A stretch of 48,524 nt of DNA. Origin: Solobacterium sp. Its GTDB lineage: Bacteria > Bacillota_I > Bacilli_A > Erysipelotrichales > Erysipelotrichaceae. The notes under the pieces are model-generated. The model worked only from the letters and a program-made list of their open reading frames with translations, was not told the DNA's origin and searched no databases. A program made the position numbers and the translations under genes. Location: positions 1 to 48,524 of the forward strand of contig JAFWEA010000100.1 of the NCBI GenBank assembly GCA_017543005.1, written 5' to 3'. Shown here piece by piece: positions 1-8,951 of this stretch (position 1 is its first letter; each line of letters opens with the position of its first letter).

Positions 1-1
1 G

Positions 2-1735
2 AACCTGGATCTGATCCATGCCCAGACCGAATTCGGCATCGGCATGTTTGCGCGGATCTGTGCCAGGCAGCTCAATCTGCCGATTGTGATCACGTATCAT
101 ACCACCTATGAGGATTACACCCATTATGCCAACCCGCTGAACCTGGATACGGTGGATGCCGTTGCCCGCAAGGCAGTGGCCCATCTGTCCCGGCTTTACA
201 GTGATACCTCAACGGAAGTCATCGTGCCCAGCAGGAAGACCAAGGAACTGCTGGAACGCTATCACGTCCATACGGATATCCACATCGTGCCGACCGGCCT
301 GGAACTGGACCGGTTCTCCCCGGAACATGGCAGTGCCGAGCGCACCCATGAGATCCGGCAGGAATACGGCATCGCCGATGATGAGAAGATGATCATCTCG
401 GTCGGCCGCATTGCCGAAGAGAAATCACTGGATATCGTCATTGAAGGGTTCCGTCTGGCAGCACAGGCGGGCTGCCGGTGCCGGCTGCTGATTGTCGGCG
501 GCGGTCCGGATGAAGACAAACTGAAAAAACTTGTACAGAAGGAAAACCTGGCGGACACCGTCATCTTTGCCGGCAAGAAACCGGCTGATCAGATTGAGGA
601 TTACTACCGGGCAGCCGATGCCTTTGTCTCGGCCAGCCTGTCGGAGACCCAGGGCATGACCTTCATCGAAGCCATGGCCAGCGGCATCCCGCTGTTTGCC
701 CGCTATGATGAAGTGCTGGATGAGCTGCTCATCCCGGAAAAAACCGGCTGGTTCTACAAGGATCCGCAGGAACTGAGCCAGCTGCTGCAGCAGTTTGAAA
801 AGCTGCCGGAAGAAACCCTGGAAGAGATGAAGAACAACTGTCTGGCCCAGGTGCATCCGTTCAGCAGCGAAGTCTTCTATGAACGCATCATCCCGGTCTA
901 TGAAAAGGCCCTGGGTGTCTATACGGACATGCAGACAGTGGAGGAAGTACGGGTCAGAGATGACTTCGTGCAGATCTGGCTGCGGTCGGAGCAGGGTGAG
1001 GAAACCCGGCTGCTGATGAGCCTGGATGACTACTATTACCAGGGCATCCGCAAGGGCGGCAAGCTGAGCGGCCACCAGATCAGCAAACTGCAGGAAAACG
1101 AACCGGCAGTCAAGGCCTATCAGGGGTGTCTGCGCCGGATTGCGGCCAAGGACCGCACCCGCAAGGAGATCATCGACTGGCTGCGCAATAACAGCGGCTG
1201 CAGTGAAGAAGTGATCATCCAGCTGGCTGACAAGCTCGAAAGCAAGGGCTACATCAATGATGAACGGTATACCGAAGACGCGATCCGCCGCATGCACGCG
1301 GCCCTGCGCGGGGAGAAGTTCATCATCCATGACCTGGAAAAAAGGGGCATCCCGGCGGAGATGATCCGGGCGCACCTGGCAGCCCAGCCGGATCAGGAAT
1401 ACGAGAATGCCCGTGACTATGCCGAACGGATCCAGGGCGGAATCAGGGATGATTCTGTTAAAATGAAACAGAGAAAAATCAAGAACCGGCTGATGCAGCA
1501 CGGCTATTCGGCCCAGGTGGCGGAAGAAGTGCTGGCCGGCATGGATTTTTCCGAAGATGAAATGAAACAGCCGGATGCCCTGCGGAAATGTGCCGCGGCC
1601 GCCTGCCGCAGATATGCCCGCAAGTACAGCGGCAGCAAGCTGCGCAGTGCGGTATACAGGTACTGTGCCGGCCAGGGATATCCGAGCGAGGATATCTACG
1701 CGATACTCGATGAAATGGAGTGGGATCATGACTAA
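2..1735 (+). CDS. recX: GT4 glycosyltransferase (diacylglycerol glucosyltransferase-like) fused to C-terminal RecX; 5'-partial
   Basis: Frame is open from base 2 (NLDLIHAQTEFGIG), so the start lies upstream of the window. GT4 motifs TYHTTYEDY, VGRIAEEK and SETQGMTFIEAMASG. From about nt 929 RecX repeats follow (DRTRKEI, GYINDERY, DLEKRGI, RLMQHGYS). Confidence 0.85.
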   Translation, partial: NLDLIHAQTEFGIGMFARICARQLNLPIVITYHTTYEDYTHYANPLNLDTVDAVARKAVAHLSRLYSDTSTEVIVPSRKTKELLERYHVHTDIHIVPTGLELDRFSPEHGSAERTHEIRQEYGIADDEKMIISVGRIAEEKSLDIVIEGFRLAAQAGCRCRLLIVGGGPDEDKLKKLVQKENLADTVIFAGKKPADQIEDYYRAADAFVSASLSETQGMTFIEAMASGIPLFARYDEVLDELLIPEKTGWFYKDPQELSQLLQQFEKLPEETLEEMKNNCLAQVHPFSSEVFYERIIPVYEKALGVYTDMQTVEEVRVRDDFVQIWLRSEQGEETRLLMSLDDYYYQGIRKGGKLSGHQISKLQENEPAVKAYQGCLRRIAAKDRTRKEIIDWLRNNSGCSEEVIIQLADKLESKGYINDERYTEDAIRRMHAALRGEKFIIHDLEKRGIPAEMIRAHLAAQPDQEYENARDYAERIQGGIRDDSVKMKQRKIKNRLMQHGYSAQVAEEVLAGMDFSEDEMKQPDALRKCAAAACRRYARKYSGSKLRSAVYRYCAGQGYPSEDIYAILDEMEWDHD

Positions 1736-2678
1736 AATCGTTGATTTGAAGGAAAAGGACCGTCTGACGCAGTATCTGATGGTGAAAAGCTGCATCAAGG
1801 GTGTCACCCAGAAGGGGGCACCGTATCTCAACCTGGTGCTGCAGGACAATACCGGCACGATTGACGGCAAGTTCTGGGATGCCAAGGCCGCGGATGAAGC
1901 GGCGGCCATCCCGGGCAAAGTGGCTGAGATTTCTTTTGAGGTACTGGAGTACAACCGGGCCCTGCAGCTGCGGGTGAACCGGATTGTACCGGTGGATCAG
2001 AAGCTGATCCGGCTGGAGGAATTCCTGCTATCTTCGGCCATGAACGAAGAGACGCTGCGGACCAAGGTACAGGAACTGGCAGCTTCCATCCGGAACGAAA
2101 ACCTGAAGACCCTGACCGAAGGCATGCTGGCGAAGGTCGGCAAGGATTTCTATGAGTATCCGGCCGCTTCCAAGATCCATCACGGCTACCTCGGCGGCCT
2201 GGCTGAGCATACACTGGGCATGGCGGCCATGGCGGAAGAAACAGCAAGACTCTACCCGCTGCTGAACCGCGACCTACTGATTGCCGGTGTGCTGATCCAC
2301 GACATGGGCAAGACAAAGGAACTGGGGGGTCTGATCTCCGGTGAATACACAACCGAGGGCCGCCTGACCGGTCATATCTCGATCTGCCATGGCTGGCTGA
2401 TGGAAGTGGCGGCGGAAAAGGGCCTGGCGGACAGTGAGGAAGCCCTGCTGCTGCGGCATATGGTGCTGTCGCATCATGGCCGCAATGAATACGGTTCCCC
2501 GGTGCTGCCGGAGATCCCGGAAGCCGAGGCACTGAGTCTGATTGACAACATGGATGCCCGCATGAATACGCTGAAGACGGCCATCGAAGCAGTCAAGCCG
2601 GGCCAGTGGACAGCCAAGATGTTCGCGCTGGAAAACAGACAGTTCTATCACGCAAAACTGGACAGGAATGAGGACTGA
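1728..2678 (+). CDS. yhaM: 3'-5' exoribonuclease YhaM (OB-fold + HD domain)
   Basis: Start moved to ATG 1728 (GGAG SD; MTKIVDLKE). OB motif GAPYLNLVLQDNTGTIDGKFW; PAASKIHH..GGLAEHT, IHDMGKTKE, SHHG and DNMDARM. Confidence 0.9.
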   Translation: MTKIVDLKEKDRLTQYLMVKSCIKGVTQKGAPYLNLVLQDNTGTIDGKFWDAKAADEAAAIPGKVAEISFEVLEYNRALQLRVNRIVPVDQKLIRLEEFLLSSAMNEETLRTKVQELAASIRNENLKTLTEGMLAKVGKDFYEYPAASKIHHGYLGGLAEHTLGMAAMAEETARLYPLLNRDLLIAGVLIHDMGKTKELGGLISGEYTTEGRLTGHISICHGWLMEVAAEKGLADSEEALLLRHMVLSHHGRNEYGSPVLPEIPEAEALSLIDNMDARMNTLKTAIEAVKPGQWTAKMFALENRQFYHAKLDRNED

Positions 2679-2680
2679 TT

Positions 2681-3991
2681 ATGAGTATTGCACTGAAACT
2701 GGCTCAGCTGAGCCACAGCCTTCTGGCCAGGGCGGGAAGGGGCGGATCCCTGCCGGGCACCATTGCGCTGAAAGCCGATCCGGACTTTATCAGCAAGTTT
2801 AAGATGCCGCCCAAGGTGATCATCGTAACCGGCACCAACGGCAAGACCACCACCAGCAACCTGATTGCCGAAAGCCTGCGGAAAAACGGCCTGAAGGTCA
2901 TCAACAACCACCGCGGGGACAATCTGAATGTCGGCATTGCCACCGTGCTGGCCGCCGGCAGTGACGGCAATTTCAACATCCAGGCCGATGCGGTGGTGCT
3001 GGAAGTGGATGAGCTGACGGTTTACCGGCAGTTCAAGGCCCTGCGGCCGACAGCCCTGGTCGTGACGAATTTCTTCCGTGACCAGCTGGACCGAGCGGGG
3101 GAAATGGAGACCATCATCCGCAAGCTGATGGAAGTGACGGAAAACTTCGAAGGGGATCTGATCCTCAACGGCGATGATCCCAATGTCCTGCGGATTGCGG
3201 ACAACGCAAAGAAAGCCAAGGTGCACCTGTTCTCGGTCGGTCCCAATGAGATGACAAAGACCGAGACAGACGAGGCCAGCGAAGGAAAGTTCTGCCCGCG
3301 CTGCGGCAACCGGCTGATCTATGACTACTACCAGTATTCCCATATCGGCAGGTTCCATTGCGATCATGATGATTTCGGTCAGATCAAACCGGAACTGCTG
3401 GTGCCGGAAATCGATTTCAAGAACGGTACTTTCAAGGCCGAAGGGCAGGTCTACCACTCGTTTGTCAATTCCGTGTTCGGGGTTTACAACTGTGCCTGCG
3501 TGCTCTGCCTGCTGAAGGCGCTGAATCTTTCCCTGCCGGCGGCGGATGAAGTGTTCAGCGGCTATGAACTCAAGGAAGGCCGCAACGAAGAATTTGCCCT
3601 GAGCAAGCCATGCGTCATCAACCTGATCAAGAATCCGACCGGGGCCAATGAAGTCATGAAGTATATCCTGGCCCGGCCGGGTGACAAGAATGTCTGCATC
3701 TTCCTGAATGACAACGACCAGGACGGCACCGATGTCTCCTGGATCTGGGATGCCCATTTCGAGCGGCTCAACGTGCCGGAAGTGAAGCGGATCATCTGCA
3801 GCGGCAAGCGGGCCTATGACATGGCGCTGCGGCTGAAATACGAGGGCCTGGAGGACCGCCTGCAGGTCATTGAGGATGCGGCCGAGGCAGTCCGCTGGCT
3901 GGATGAGCAGAATCTTGACAGCTACATCATGGCAACGTATACGGCGCTGCATTCCACCCGGGCATTGTTGCGAAAGCAGGTGAAGAAATGA
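2681..3991 (+). CDS. murT: Lipid II isoglutaminyl synthase subunit MurT
   Basis: GGSLPG, P-loop TGTNGKTTT, NFFRDQLDRAGE, CPRC zinc finger, LIKNPTG and DGTDVSWIWD; adjacent to gatD. Confidence 0.93.
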   Translation: MSIALKLAQLSHSLLARAGRGGSLPGTIALKADPDFISKFKMPPKVIIVTGTNGKTTTSNLIAESLRKNGLKVINNHRGDNLNVGIATVLAAGSDGNFNIQADAVVLEVDELTVYRQFKALRPTALVVTNFFRDQLDRAGEMETIIRKLMEVTENFEGDLILNGDDPNVLRIADNAKKAKVHLFSVGPNEMTKTETDEASEGKFCPRCGNRLIYDYYQYSHIGRFHCDHDDFGQIKPELLVPEIDFKNGTFKAEGQVYHSFVNSVFGVYNCACVLCLLKALNLSLPAADEVFSGYELKEGRNEEFALSKPCVINLIKNPTGANEVMKYILARPGDKNVCIFLNDNDQDGTDVSWIWDAHFERLNVPEVKRIICSGKRAYDMALRLKYEGLEDRLQVIEDAAEAVRWLDEQNLDSYIMATYTALHSTRALLRKQVKK

Positions 3992-4728
3992 ATCTGAAAA
4001 TACTCTGGATGTATCATGATCTGATGGATCTGTACGGGGACAAGGGCAATATCCAGGTCCTGAAGACCCGCTGTGAGCGGCGCGGTATCGACTGCCAGGT
4101 GGATGTCTGCACCATCGGCGACGGCCTGGATGTGTCCGGCTATGACCTGATCTTCATGGGCGGCGGGGCTGACTTTGAACAGAATCTGATCTATCAGGAT
4201 CTTTTGTCCCGCAGGGAGGCCCTGCAGAAGGCTCTGGATGGCGGGGCAGCGTTCCTGCTGATCTGCGGCGGCTATCAGCTGTTCGGCAAGTATTACAAGG
4301 ACCAGGACGGCAATATCGTGGAAGGGCTCGGTTTCTTTGATTACTATACGGAAAGCTCGGACCGGGATCACCGCTGCATCGGCAATATTGCCGTCATGGC
4401 AGCCATGGACGGGGAAGTGTTCCAGGCAGTCGGGTTTGAAAACCACGGCGGCCAGACAAAGAATGTCGCCACCCCGTTTGCCCGGGTGCTGAAGGGACAC
4501 GGGAATACCTATGACGGCGGCTATGAGGGGTTTGTGACCGACCAGGTGCTGGCCACCTACATGCACGGGTCACTGCTGCCGAAGAATCCGCGGGTCGCCG
4601 ACCTGGTGCTCAAGCGGGCCCTGCGCCGCAGATACGGGGCGGTGGAACTCGAACCGCTGGATGACACCCTGGAAAAGAAGGCCAGGGACACCATGCTGAA
4701 CCGGCTGGGCGTCAAGGTCGAAGAATAA
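3988..4728 (+). CDS. gatD: Lipid II isoglutaminyl synthase glutaminase subunit GatD
   Basis: LMDLYGDKGN, ICGGYQL, GFENHGGQT and TYMHGSLLPKN; ATGA overlap with murT. Confidence 0.93.
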   Translation: MNLKILWMYHDLMDLYGDKGNIQVLKTRCERRGIDCQVDVCTIGDGLDVSGYDLIFMGGGADFEQNLIYQDLLSRREALQKALDGGAAFLLICGGYQLFGKYYKDQDGNIVEGLGFFDYYTESSDRDHRCIGNIAVMAAMDGEVFQAVGFENHGGQTKNVATPFARVLKGHGNTYDGGYEGFVTDQVLATYMHGSLLPKNPRVADLVLKRALRRRYGAVELEPLDDTLEKKARDTMLNRLGVKVEE

Positions 4729-4760
4729 AAAAAAGAAACTCCGTCGGCGGACGGAGTTTT
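4727..4760. terminator. Bidirectional intrinsic terminator between gatD and hit
   Basis: A-run, AAACTCCGTC-GGCG-GACGGAGTTT, T-run, between convergent genes. Confidence 0.8.
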
Positions 4761-4768
4761 CATATGGC

Positions 4769-5167
4769 TTATTCGGCTTTAAGGACCTTCATGACATCAT
4801 CGAGATCCAGCTCCGGTGCAGGCTGGAAATCAATGGTGACCGGGTCGGCTTCATCGAAGCGCGGAATGATGTGGAAGTGCAGGTGGTCAACACTCTGACC
4901 GGCGGCAGCGCCGCAGTTGTTCAGGATGTTGCAGCCGGCAGCGCCGGTTTTCGCCACGATTGTCCCGGCCAGCTGGCGGGCAACCTTCATGCACTTGACG
5001 ACGGTTTCCTCATCGGCTTCCAGAATGTTGGCCATATGCTTCTTCGGCATGACCAGGGTGTGCCCGCACAGACGCTGCGGCACGTTCAGGATGGCCAGCA
5101 CATCATCATCCTCGTAGACGACGGCACTGGGAATTTTATGATCAATGATGTCACAGAAAATACACAT
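4769..5167 (-). CDS. hit: HIT family nucleotide hydrolase
   Basis: MCIFC start, GHTLVMPKKH, AGQSVDHLHFHIIPR histidine triad; AGGAGG SD. Confidence 0.92.
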   Translation of the reverse strand: MCIFCDIIDHKIPSAVVYEDDDVLAILNVPQRLCGHTLVMPKKHMANILEADEETVVKCMKVARQLAGTIVAKTGAAGCNILNNCGAAAGQSVDHLHFHIIPRFDEADPVTIDFQPAPELDLDDVMKVLKAE

Positions 5168-5212
5168 AGCAGATTCCTCCTGCCGTTATTATAGTCCCTT
5201 GCCGGAATCAGC

Positions 5213-5241
5213 GAAAGAAAAAGCGATGCCGCAGCATCGCT
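5213..5241 (-). terminator. Intrinsic terminator of the prsA-like operon
   Basis: Minus strand AGCGATGC-TGCG-GCATCGCT followed by TTTTCTTTC. Confidence 0.75.
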
Positions 5242-5249
5242 GATTCAGG

Positions 5250-6125
5250 TTATTCGCCTTCCTTGATATCCTGGACGAGATAGTCCGGATAGTTTTCCTT
5301 CAGATCATCATAGAGCGGCTTGTCATAGACATGGAAGCCGTACTTTTTGAAGTAGTAGGACATGACATCGTTGGAGACGGCGCTCAAGCTTGTGAGCTTT
5401 TCCGTGACCGCTTCCTTCATGGTAGCCGGATCGTTGTTGTCCACATGGAGGATGTGGAAGGTACCGTCGGTACCGGTCGCCATGGCCCAGCCGTCATCCG
5501 GGGAACCGTTGCGGATGATCCCGGTCACAACCGCGTCATAGACCGTGTCTTCAATCGTATAGATGGACGGCAGGCCGCTGCTGGTGGAGTTGAAGTCGAC
5601 CGCTGCTTCCTCGGCGTTCTTGGAACCGTCACGCAGGGCACCGAGAGCCGCATTGGCATCTTCTTCCGAAGTGAAGTCAAGCACCGTTGCCTGGACCGGG
5701 TGATACTTTTCCGCCAGGGCATCATAGTTCTCGGCGATGTAGCGCTTCGGCAGTTCATCAGCCTGCAGACCCGGCAGGATCACTTCGTTGATGTAGTCTT
5801 CCTCGGTCATGCCGGAGGATTCGAGATAATTCTGCAGGGACTCGCCGTACAGGGCTTTCATGCTTTCGAGGGAACCCTCGGCTTCTGCCCGCATTTCATC
5901 GGTTACTTCGACTTCTGCCGCACAGATTCTGGCCAGCGCGTCATTGATGACAACCCCGGCACCGTAGGCAGAACTCATAACGCTGTAGATTTCACCCTTG
6001 GTGATATTCTGACTGCCGACAGCCATGACAGCTGTGCTGCTGTCCTTCAGCTTGGCCTGTGCATCCGTGCATCCGCACAGCCCGACCAGCAGGGCGGAAG
6101 CCATGATCAGTTTCTTCGTGTTCAT
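5250..6125 (-). CDS. PrsA-like foldase lipoprotein with degenerate PPIase domain
   Basis: Lipobox LCGC. PrsA-like N-domain (VGSQNITKGEIYSVM...YGESLQNYLESSGMTEEDY); parvulin remnant VQATVLDFTSEEDANAAL..TFHILHV. hit/yhaM neighbourhood as for Bacillus prsA. Confidence 0.7.
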   Translation of the reverse strand: MNTKKLIMASALLVGLCGCTDAQAKLKDSSTAVMAVGSQNITKGEIYSVMSSAYGAGVVINDALARICAAEVEVTDEMRAEAEGSLESMKALYGESLQNYLESSGMTEEDYINEVILPGLQADELPKRYIAENYDALAEKYHPVQATVLDFTSEEDANAALGALRDGSKNAEEAAVDFNSTSSGLPSIYTIEDTVYDAVVTGIIRNGSPDDGWAMATGTDGTFHILHVDNNDPATMKEAVTEKLTSLSAVSNDVMSYYFKKYGFHVYDKPLYDDLKENYPDYLVQDIKEGE

Positions 6126-6142
6126 TCTTCGTTACCTCCTGT

Positions 6143-7117
6143 TCAGTCCGCAATGCCGAGCGTTTCCTTCAGCATGCCTTCGAGGTCTTCATTGAAGGTC
6201 AGGCCGAGTTCCTGGGCTCTTTCCCACAGAGCCTGGGAATTAGCCGTCATATCATAGGAATAGATCAGATCCTGATACGGATCGGTACCGGATTCTTCCT
6301 GCAGGGCAGCCAGGGATTCGGCTGTGGATGCGTTGTTGCGGATCCGGAAATAACCGAAGTTGGCGGAATAGACCCAGTCGCTGACTTCACCCTCGTCCAG
6401 GGCCAGGGCGGCATCCTGGAAGGCGGTATCCAGCGAAGTCGTATTCACATCGATGGTGCCGAGCACACCGCCGGAAGCGGCTGTGGAGCTGTCTTCGGAA
6501 TACTGCTTTGCCACTTCGGCAAAATCAGTGCCGGCTGCCAGGGCATCATCCACTGCCTGCATGCGGGCCTGTTCGTCTTCCGTCGGGGTTGTTTCCGGAG
6601 TGGAGCCTTCGCCGAACTGAATCAGAATATAGGAGATGTTTCTGACTTTCAGATCATCCGTATGGGCCTTGGCATAATCGGCGCCGACCTTCAGGTATTT
6701 CTGATACTGCAACATGTATTCTTCCAGATCTTCATAGGAAGAATAGCCGACCTGGCGCAGAGCCCGGGTGAGGACGGTCTCATAGGAAGCCGGATAGGTG
6801 CTCCGGTAGTTGGCGATGACGTTCTGGGCCTGGGCAGCGGCGGCAGCCTTCATGTCATCGGTTGCCTCGACATCCGCCAGCACGGCCTTTTCGAACAGGG
6901 CATAGACTGCCTGATCGCCGCCGGATTGATACAGCTTGTCGTAGTAGTCGGAAACCTTGACATCCTCGCCGTTGATTTCATAGACGACATCTTCGCCGTC
7001 GACGGCCTTGCCCCTAAGTTTCCCCTTGTTGGTATCGTAGATAAAGAATGCGCTGACGCCCGCGAGCAGGAGCGCGATGATGCATATAAACCAGTTCTTC
7101 TTGATAAACCCGCTCAT
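6143..7117 (-). CDS. PrsA/SurA-like parvulin-type foldase with N-terminal TM anchor
   Basis: Start ATG 7117 with AGGAGGT SD (MSGFIKKNWFICII). Rotamase motif DFAEVAKQYSEDSSTAASGGVLG..FQDAALALDEGEVSDWVYSANFGY. Confidence 0.8.
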   Translation of the reverse strand: MSGFIKKNWFICIIALLLAGVSAFFIYDTNKGKLRGKAVDGEDVVYEINGEDVKVSDYYDKLYQSGGDQAVYALFEKAVLADVEATDDMKAAAAAQAQNVIANYRSTYPASYETVLTRALRQVGYSSYEDLEEYMLQYQKYLKVGADYAKAHTDDLKVRNISYILIQFGEGSTPETTPTEDEQARMQAVDDALAAGTDFAEVAKQYSEDSSTAASGGVLGTIDVNTTSLDTAFQDAALALDEGEVSDWVYSANFGYFRIRNNASTAESLAALQEESGTDPYQDLIYSYDMTANSQALWERAQELGLTFNEDLEGMLKETLGIAD

Positions 7118-7142
7118 ATTACCTCCTGAAAAATGCCTATCC

Positions 7143-7171
7143 ATTATATACAACATGCATATGAAATGCAA
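7143..7171 (-). promoter_or_regulatory. Sigma-A promoter of the prsA-like operon
   Basis: Minus strand TTGCAT-17 bp-TATAAT. Confidence 0.7.
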
Positions 7172-7188
7172 TTTGAGCATATATGACG

Positions 7189-7214
7189 AATCTGAACTTT
7201 ATCTGAACATGAAC
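7189..7214 (-). promoter_or_regulatory. 11-bp-period direct repeat, putative OmpR-family regulator site
   Basis: Minus strand GTTCAGATA-AA-GTTCAGATT, preceded by an extra GTTCAT, just upstream of the -35. Confidence 0.45.
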
Positions 7215-7272
7215 TCATAAAATACCCCTGACGGAGCCCGTGAACACTTTACAACAAACATTTTTTTGCTTG

Positions 7273-7281
7273 TGCTATAAT
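7273..7281 (+). promoter_or_regulatory. Extended -10 promoter of the suf operon
   Basis: TGcTATAAT about 28 nt before the sufC ATG and its AAAGGAG SD. Confidence 0.6.
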
Positions 7282-7308
7282 GCCGATGACATGAAAGGAG
7301 ATACGGAT

Positions 7309-8145
7309 ATGAAATCTCTTGTAATAAATGATTTGCATGTATCTGTAGAGGGAAAAGAGATCCTGAAAGGGGTCAATCTGACGGTTAACGAAAAGGAGAT
7401 CCACGCGCTGATGGGGCCGAACGGCAACGGCAAGTCCACGCTGCTGGCAGCCATCATGGGTCACCCGAAATATGAAGTGACCCAAGGCTCGATTTTCTAT
7501 GACGGTCAGGATGTCCTGGCCATGAGCGTTGACGAACGCAGCCGGGCCGGGCTGTTCCTGGCCATGCAGTATCCCCAGGAAATCCCAGGGGTTACCAACA
7601 GTGACTTCCTGCGGGCGGCGATGAATGTCCGCCGGGAATCCCCGGTACCGCTGTTTACCTTTATCAAGGCGATGGAAAAGACCATCAAGGATCTGGAGAT
7701 GAAGGAAGACCTGGCTCACCGGTTCCTGAATGAAGGCTTCTCCGGCGGTGAAAAGAAGCGCAATGAAATCGTGCAGATGGAACTGCTGAAGCCGACGCTG
7801 TCCATGCTTGATGAAGTGGACTCCGGTCTGGACGTCGATGCCCTGCGCATCGTTGCCAGAGCGATCATGAACATGCACGAAGAAAACGGCATGAGCCTGA
7901 TCGTCGTCTCGCATTATGAACGCTTCTATGAGCTGATTCCGCCGCAGTTTACACATGTGCTGATCGACGGCCGGATCGTGCTGAGCGGGGATGCGGAACT
8001 GGCTGCCCGGATTGACCGGGAAGGCTATGACTGGATCTACCGGGAATATGATGTACAGCCGGCGGCCGAAGCTGACAGCCAGCGCCGGGCCGTGAGTATC
8101 GGAACCTGTGCCGCCAATCCGCAGGTACGGGGCAGGAACATCTGA
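7309..8145 (+). CDS. sufC: Fe-S cluster assembly ATPase SufC
   Basis: Start ATG 7309 after AAAGGAG. GPNGNGKST, FLAMQYPQEIPGV, NEGFSGGEKKRNE and LDEVDSGLDVDAL. Confidence 0.96.
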   Translation: MKSLVINDLHVSVEGKEILKGVNLTVNEKEIHALMGPNGNGKSTLLAAIMGHPKYEVTQGSIFYDGQDVLAMSVDERSRAGLFLAMQYPQEIPGVTNSDFLRAAMNVRRESPVPLFTFIKAMEKTIKDLEMKEDLAHRFLNEGFSGGEKKRNEIVQMELLKPTLSMLDEVDSGLDVDALRIVARAIMNMHEENGMSLIVVSHYERFYELIPPQFTHVLIDGRIVLSGDAELAARIDREGYDWIYREYDVQPAAEADSQRRAVSIGTCAANPQVRGRNI

Positions 8146-8951
8146 TGAACGCTCTGCGAACATCCCGGGATATCCGGCTTGCCGGCGGCTACAGCGAATA
8201 TGAAATCGATACCGGGCGGGATATCGAACTGACGTTCAGCGCCGAGGAAGACTGTGATGTATTTATCCGGATCACCGGCGGGCAGAACATCAGGCTGCGT
8301 ACCTATACCGCTGCCGGCGTAAAAGCCACATATCTGTTCTGGAACGAAACAGAAGAAAAACTGGAACTGGATGAATCCCACGAGGTCATGCATGACGCCG
8401 ATCTGCACCTGGCTTATTGCGAAGCAAACCGGGCCGATACGAAGCGGAACACCTGGGTGGCGCTGCGGGAAGAAGGGGCGAAAGCCCGGGTTTCCTCAGC
8501 CGCCCTGGTCATGAACGACAAGCACTTCGATATCGATGTCGTTTCCTGCAAACCGCATACCTACGGCTATATGGACAACTACAGCGTTGTGCTGGAAGGC
8601 GGCCGCTACTATATGAATGCCATCGGCAAGATCGTCAAGGGCGCCTACGGTTCGGAAAGCCATCAGACTTCCCGGTCGCTGTCCTTCGACAAGGAACAGC
8701 GCAGCGAAATCATTCCGACCCTGCTGATTGACGAAAACGATGTGCAGGCCAGTCATGCCATGACGGTCGGACGGGTGGACGAGGATGTCCTGTACTACAT
8801 GATGTCCCGCGGCCTGACCATGGCCCAGTGCACCCAGCTGATCAGCACCGGCTACCTGCTGCCGATTGCGGCAACGATTGACAACGAGGACCTGCAGAAG
8901 AAGCTGCGGGAAGAACTTGAGGAGAAAATTGAAAGATTATGCTCGATGTAA
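8145..8951 (+). CDS. sufD: Fe-S cluster assembly protein SufD (short form)
   Basis: PTLLIDENDVQASHAMTVGRVDEDVLYYMMSRGL; lies between sufC and sufS. Confidence 0.9.
   Translation: MNALRTSRDIRLAGGYSEYEIDTGRDIELTFSAEEDCDVFIRITGGQNIRLRTYTAAGVKATYLFWNETEEKLELDESHEVMHDADLHLAYCEANRADTKRNTWVALREEGAKARVSSAALVMNDKHFDIDVVSCKPHTYGYMDNYSVVLEGGRYYMNAIGKIVKGAYGSESHQTSRSLSFDKEQRSEIIPTLLIDENDVQASHAMTVGRVDEDVLYYMMSRGLTMAQCTQLISTGYLLPIAATIDNEDLQKKLREELEEKIERLCSM

Noticed and set aside
1575-1727. Upstream extensions in the ORF track (yhaM 1575; also sufC 7240, foldase 7180, proC 17604, mini-ParB 33889, gmk 36671, phosphoesterase 44749)
   Set aside because: Downstream starts fit family N-termini and, in most cases, proper SD spacing; the extensions overlap promoters or neighbouring genes.
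425-1954. Long antisense ORFs (this one; also 2648-3952, 8852-10225, 10747-12348, 12385-13623, 35198-36670 and others)
   Set aside because: All mirror well-supported genes in a high-GC3 genome and lack SD sites and recognisable domains.
3290-3375. MurT zinc finger lacking the fourth Cys (CPRC...CDH)
   Set aside because: His sits at the equivalent position, so a Cys3His site is a conservative explanation.
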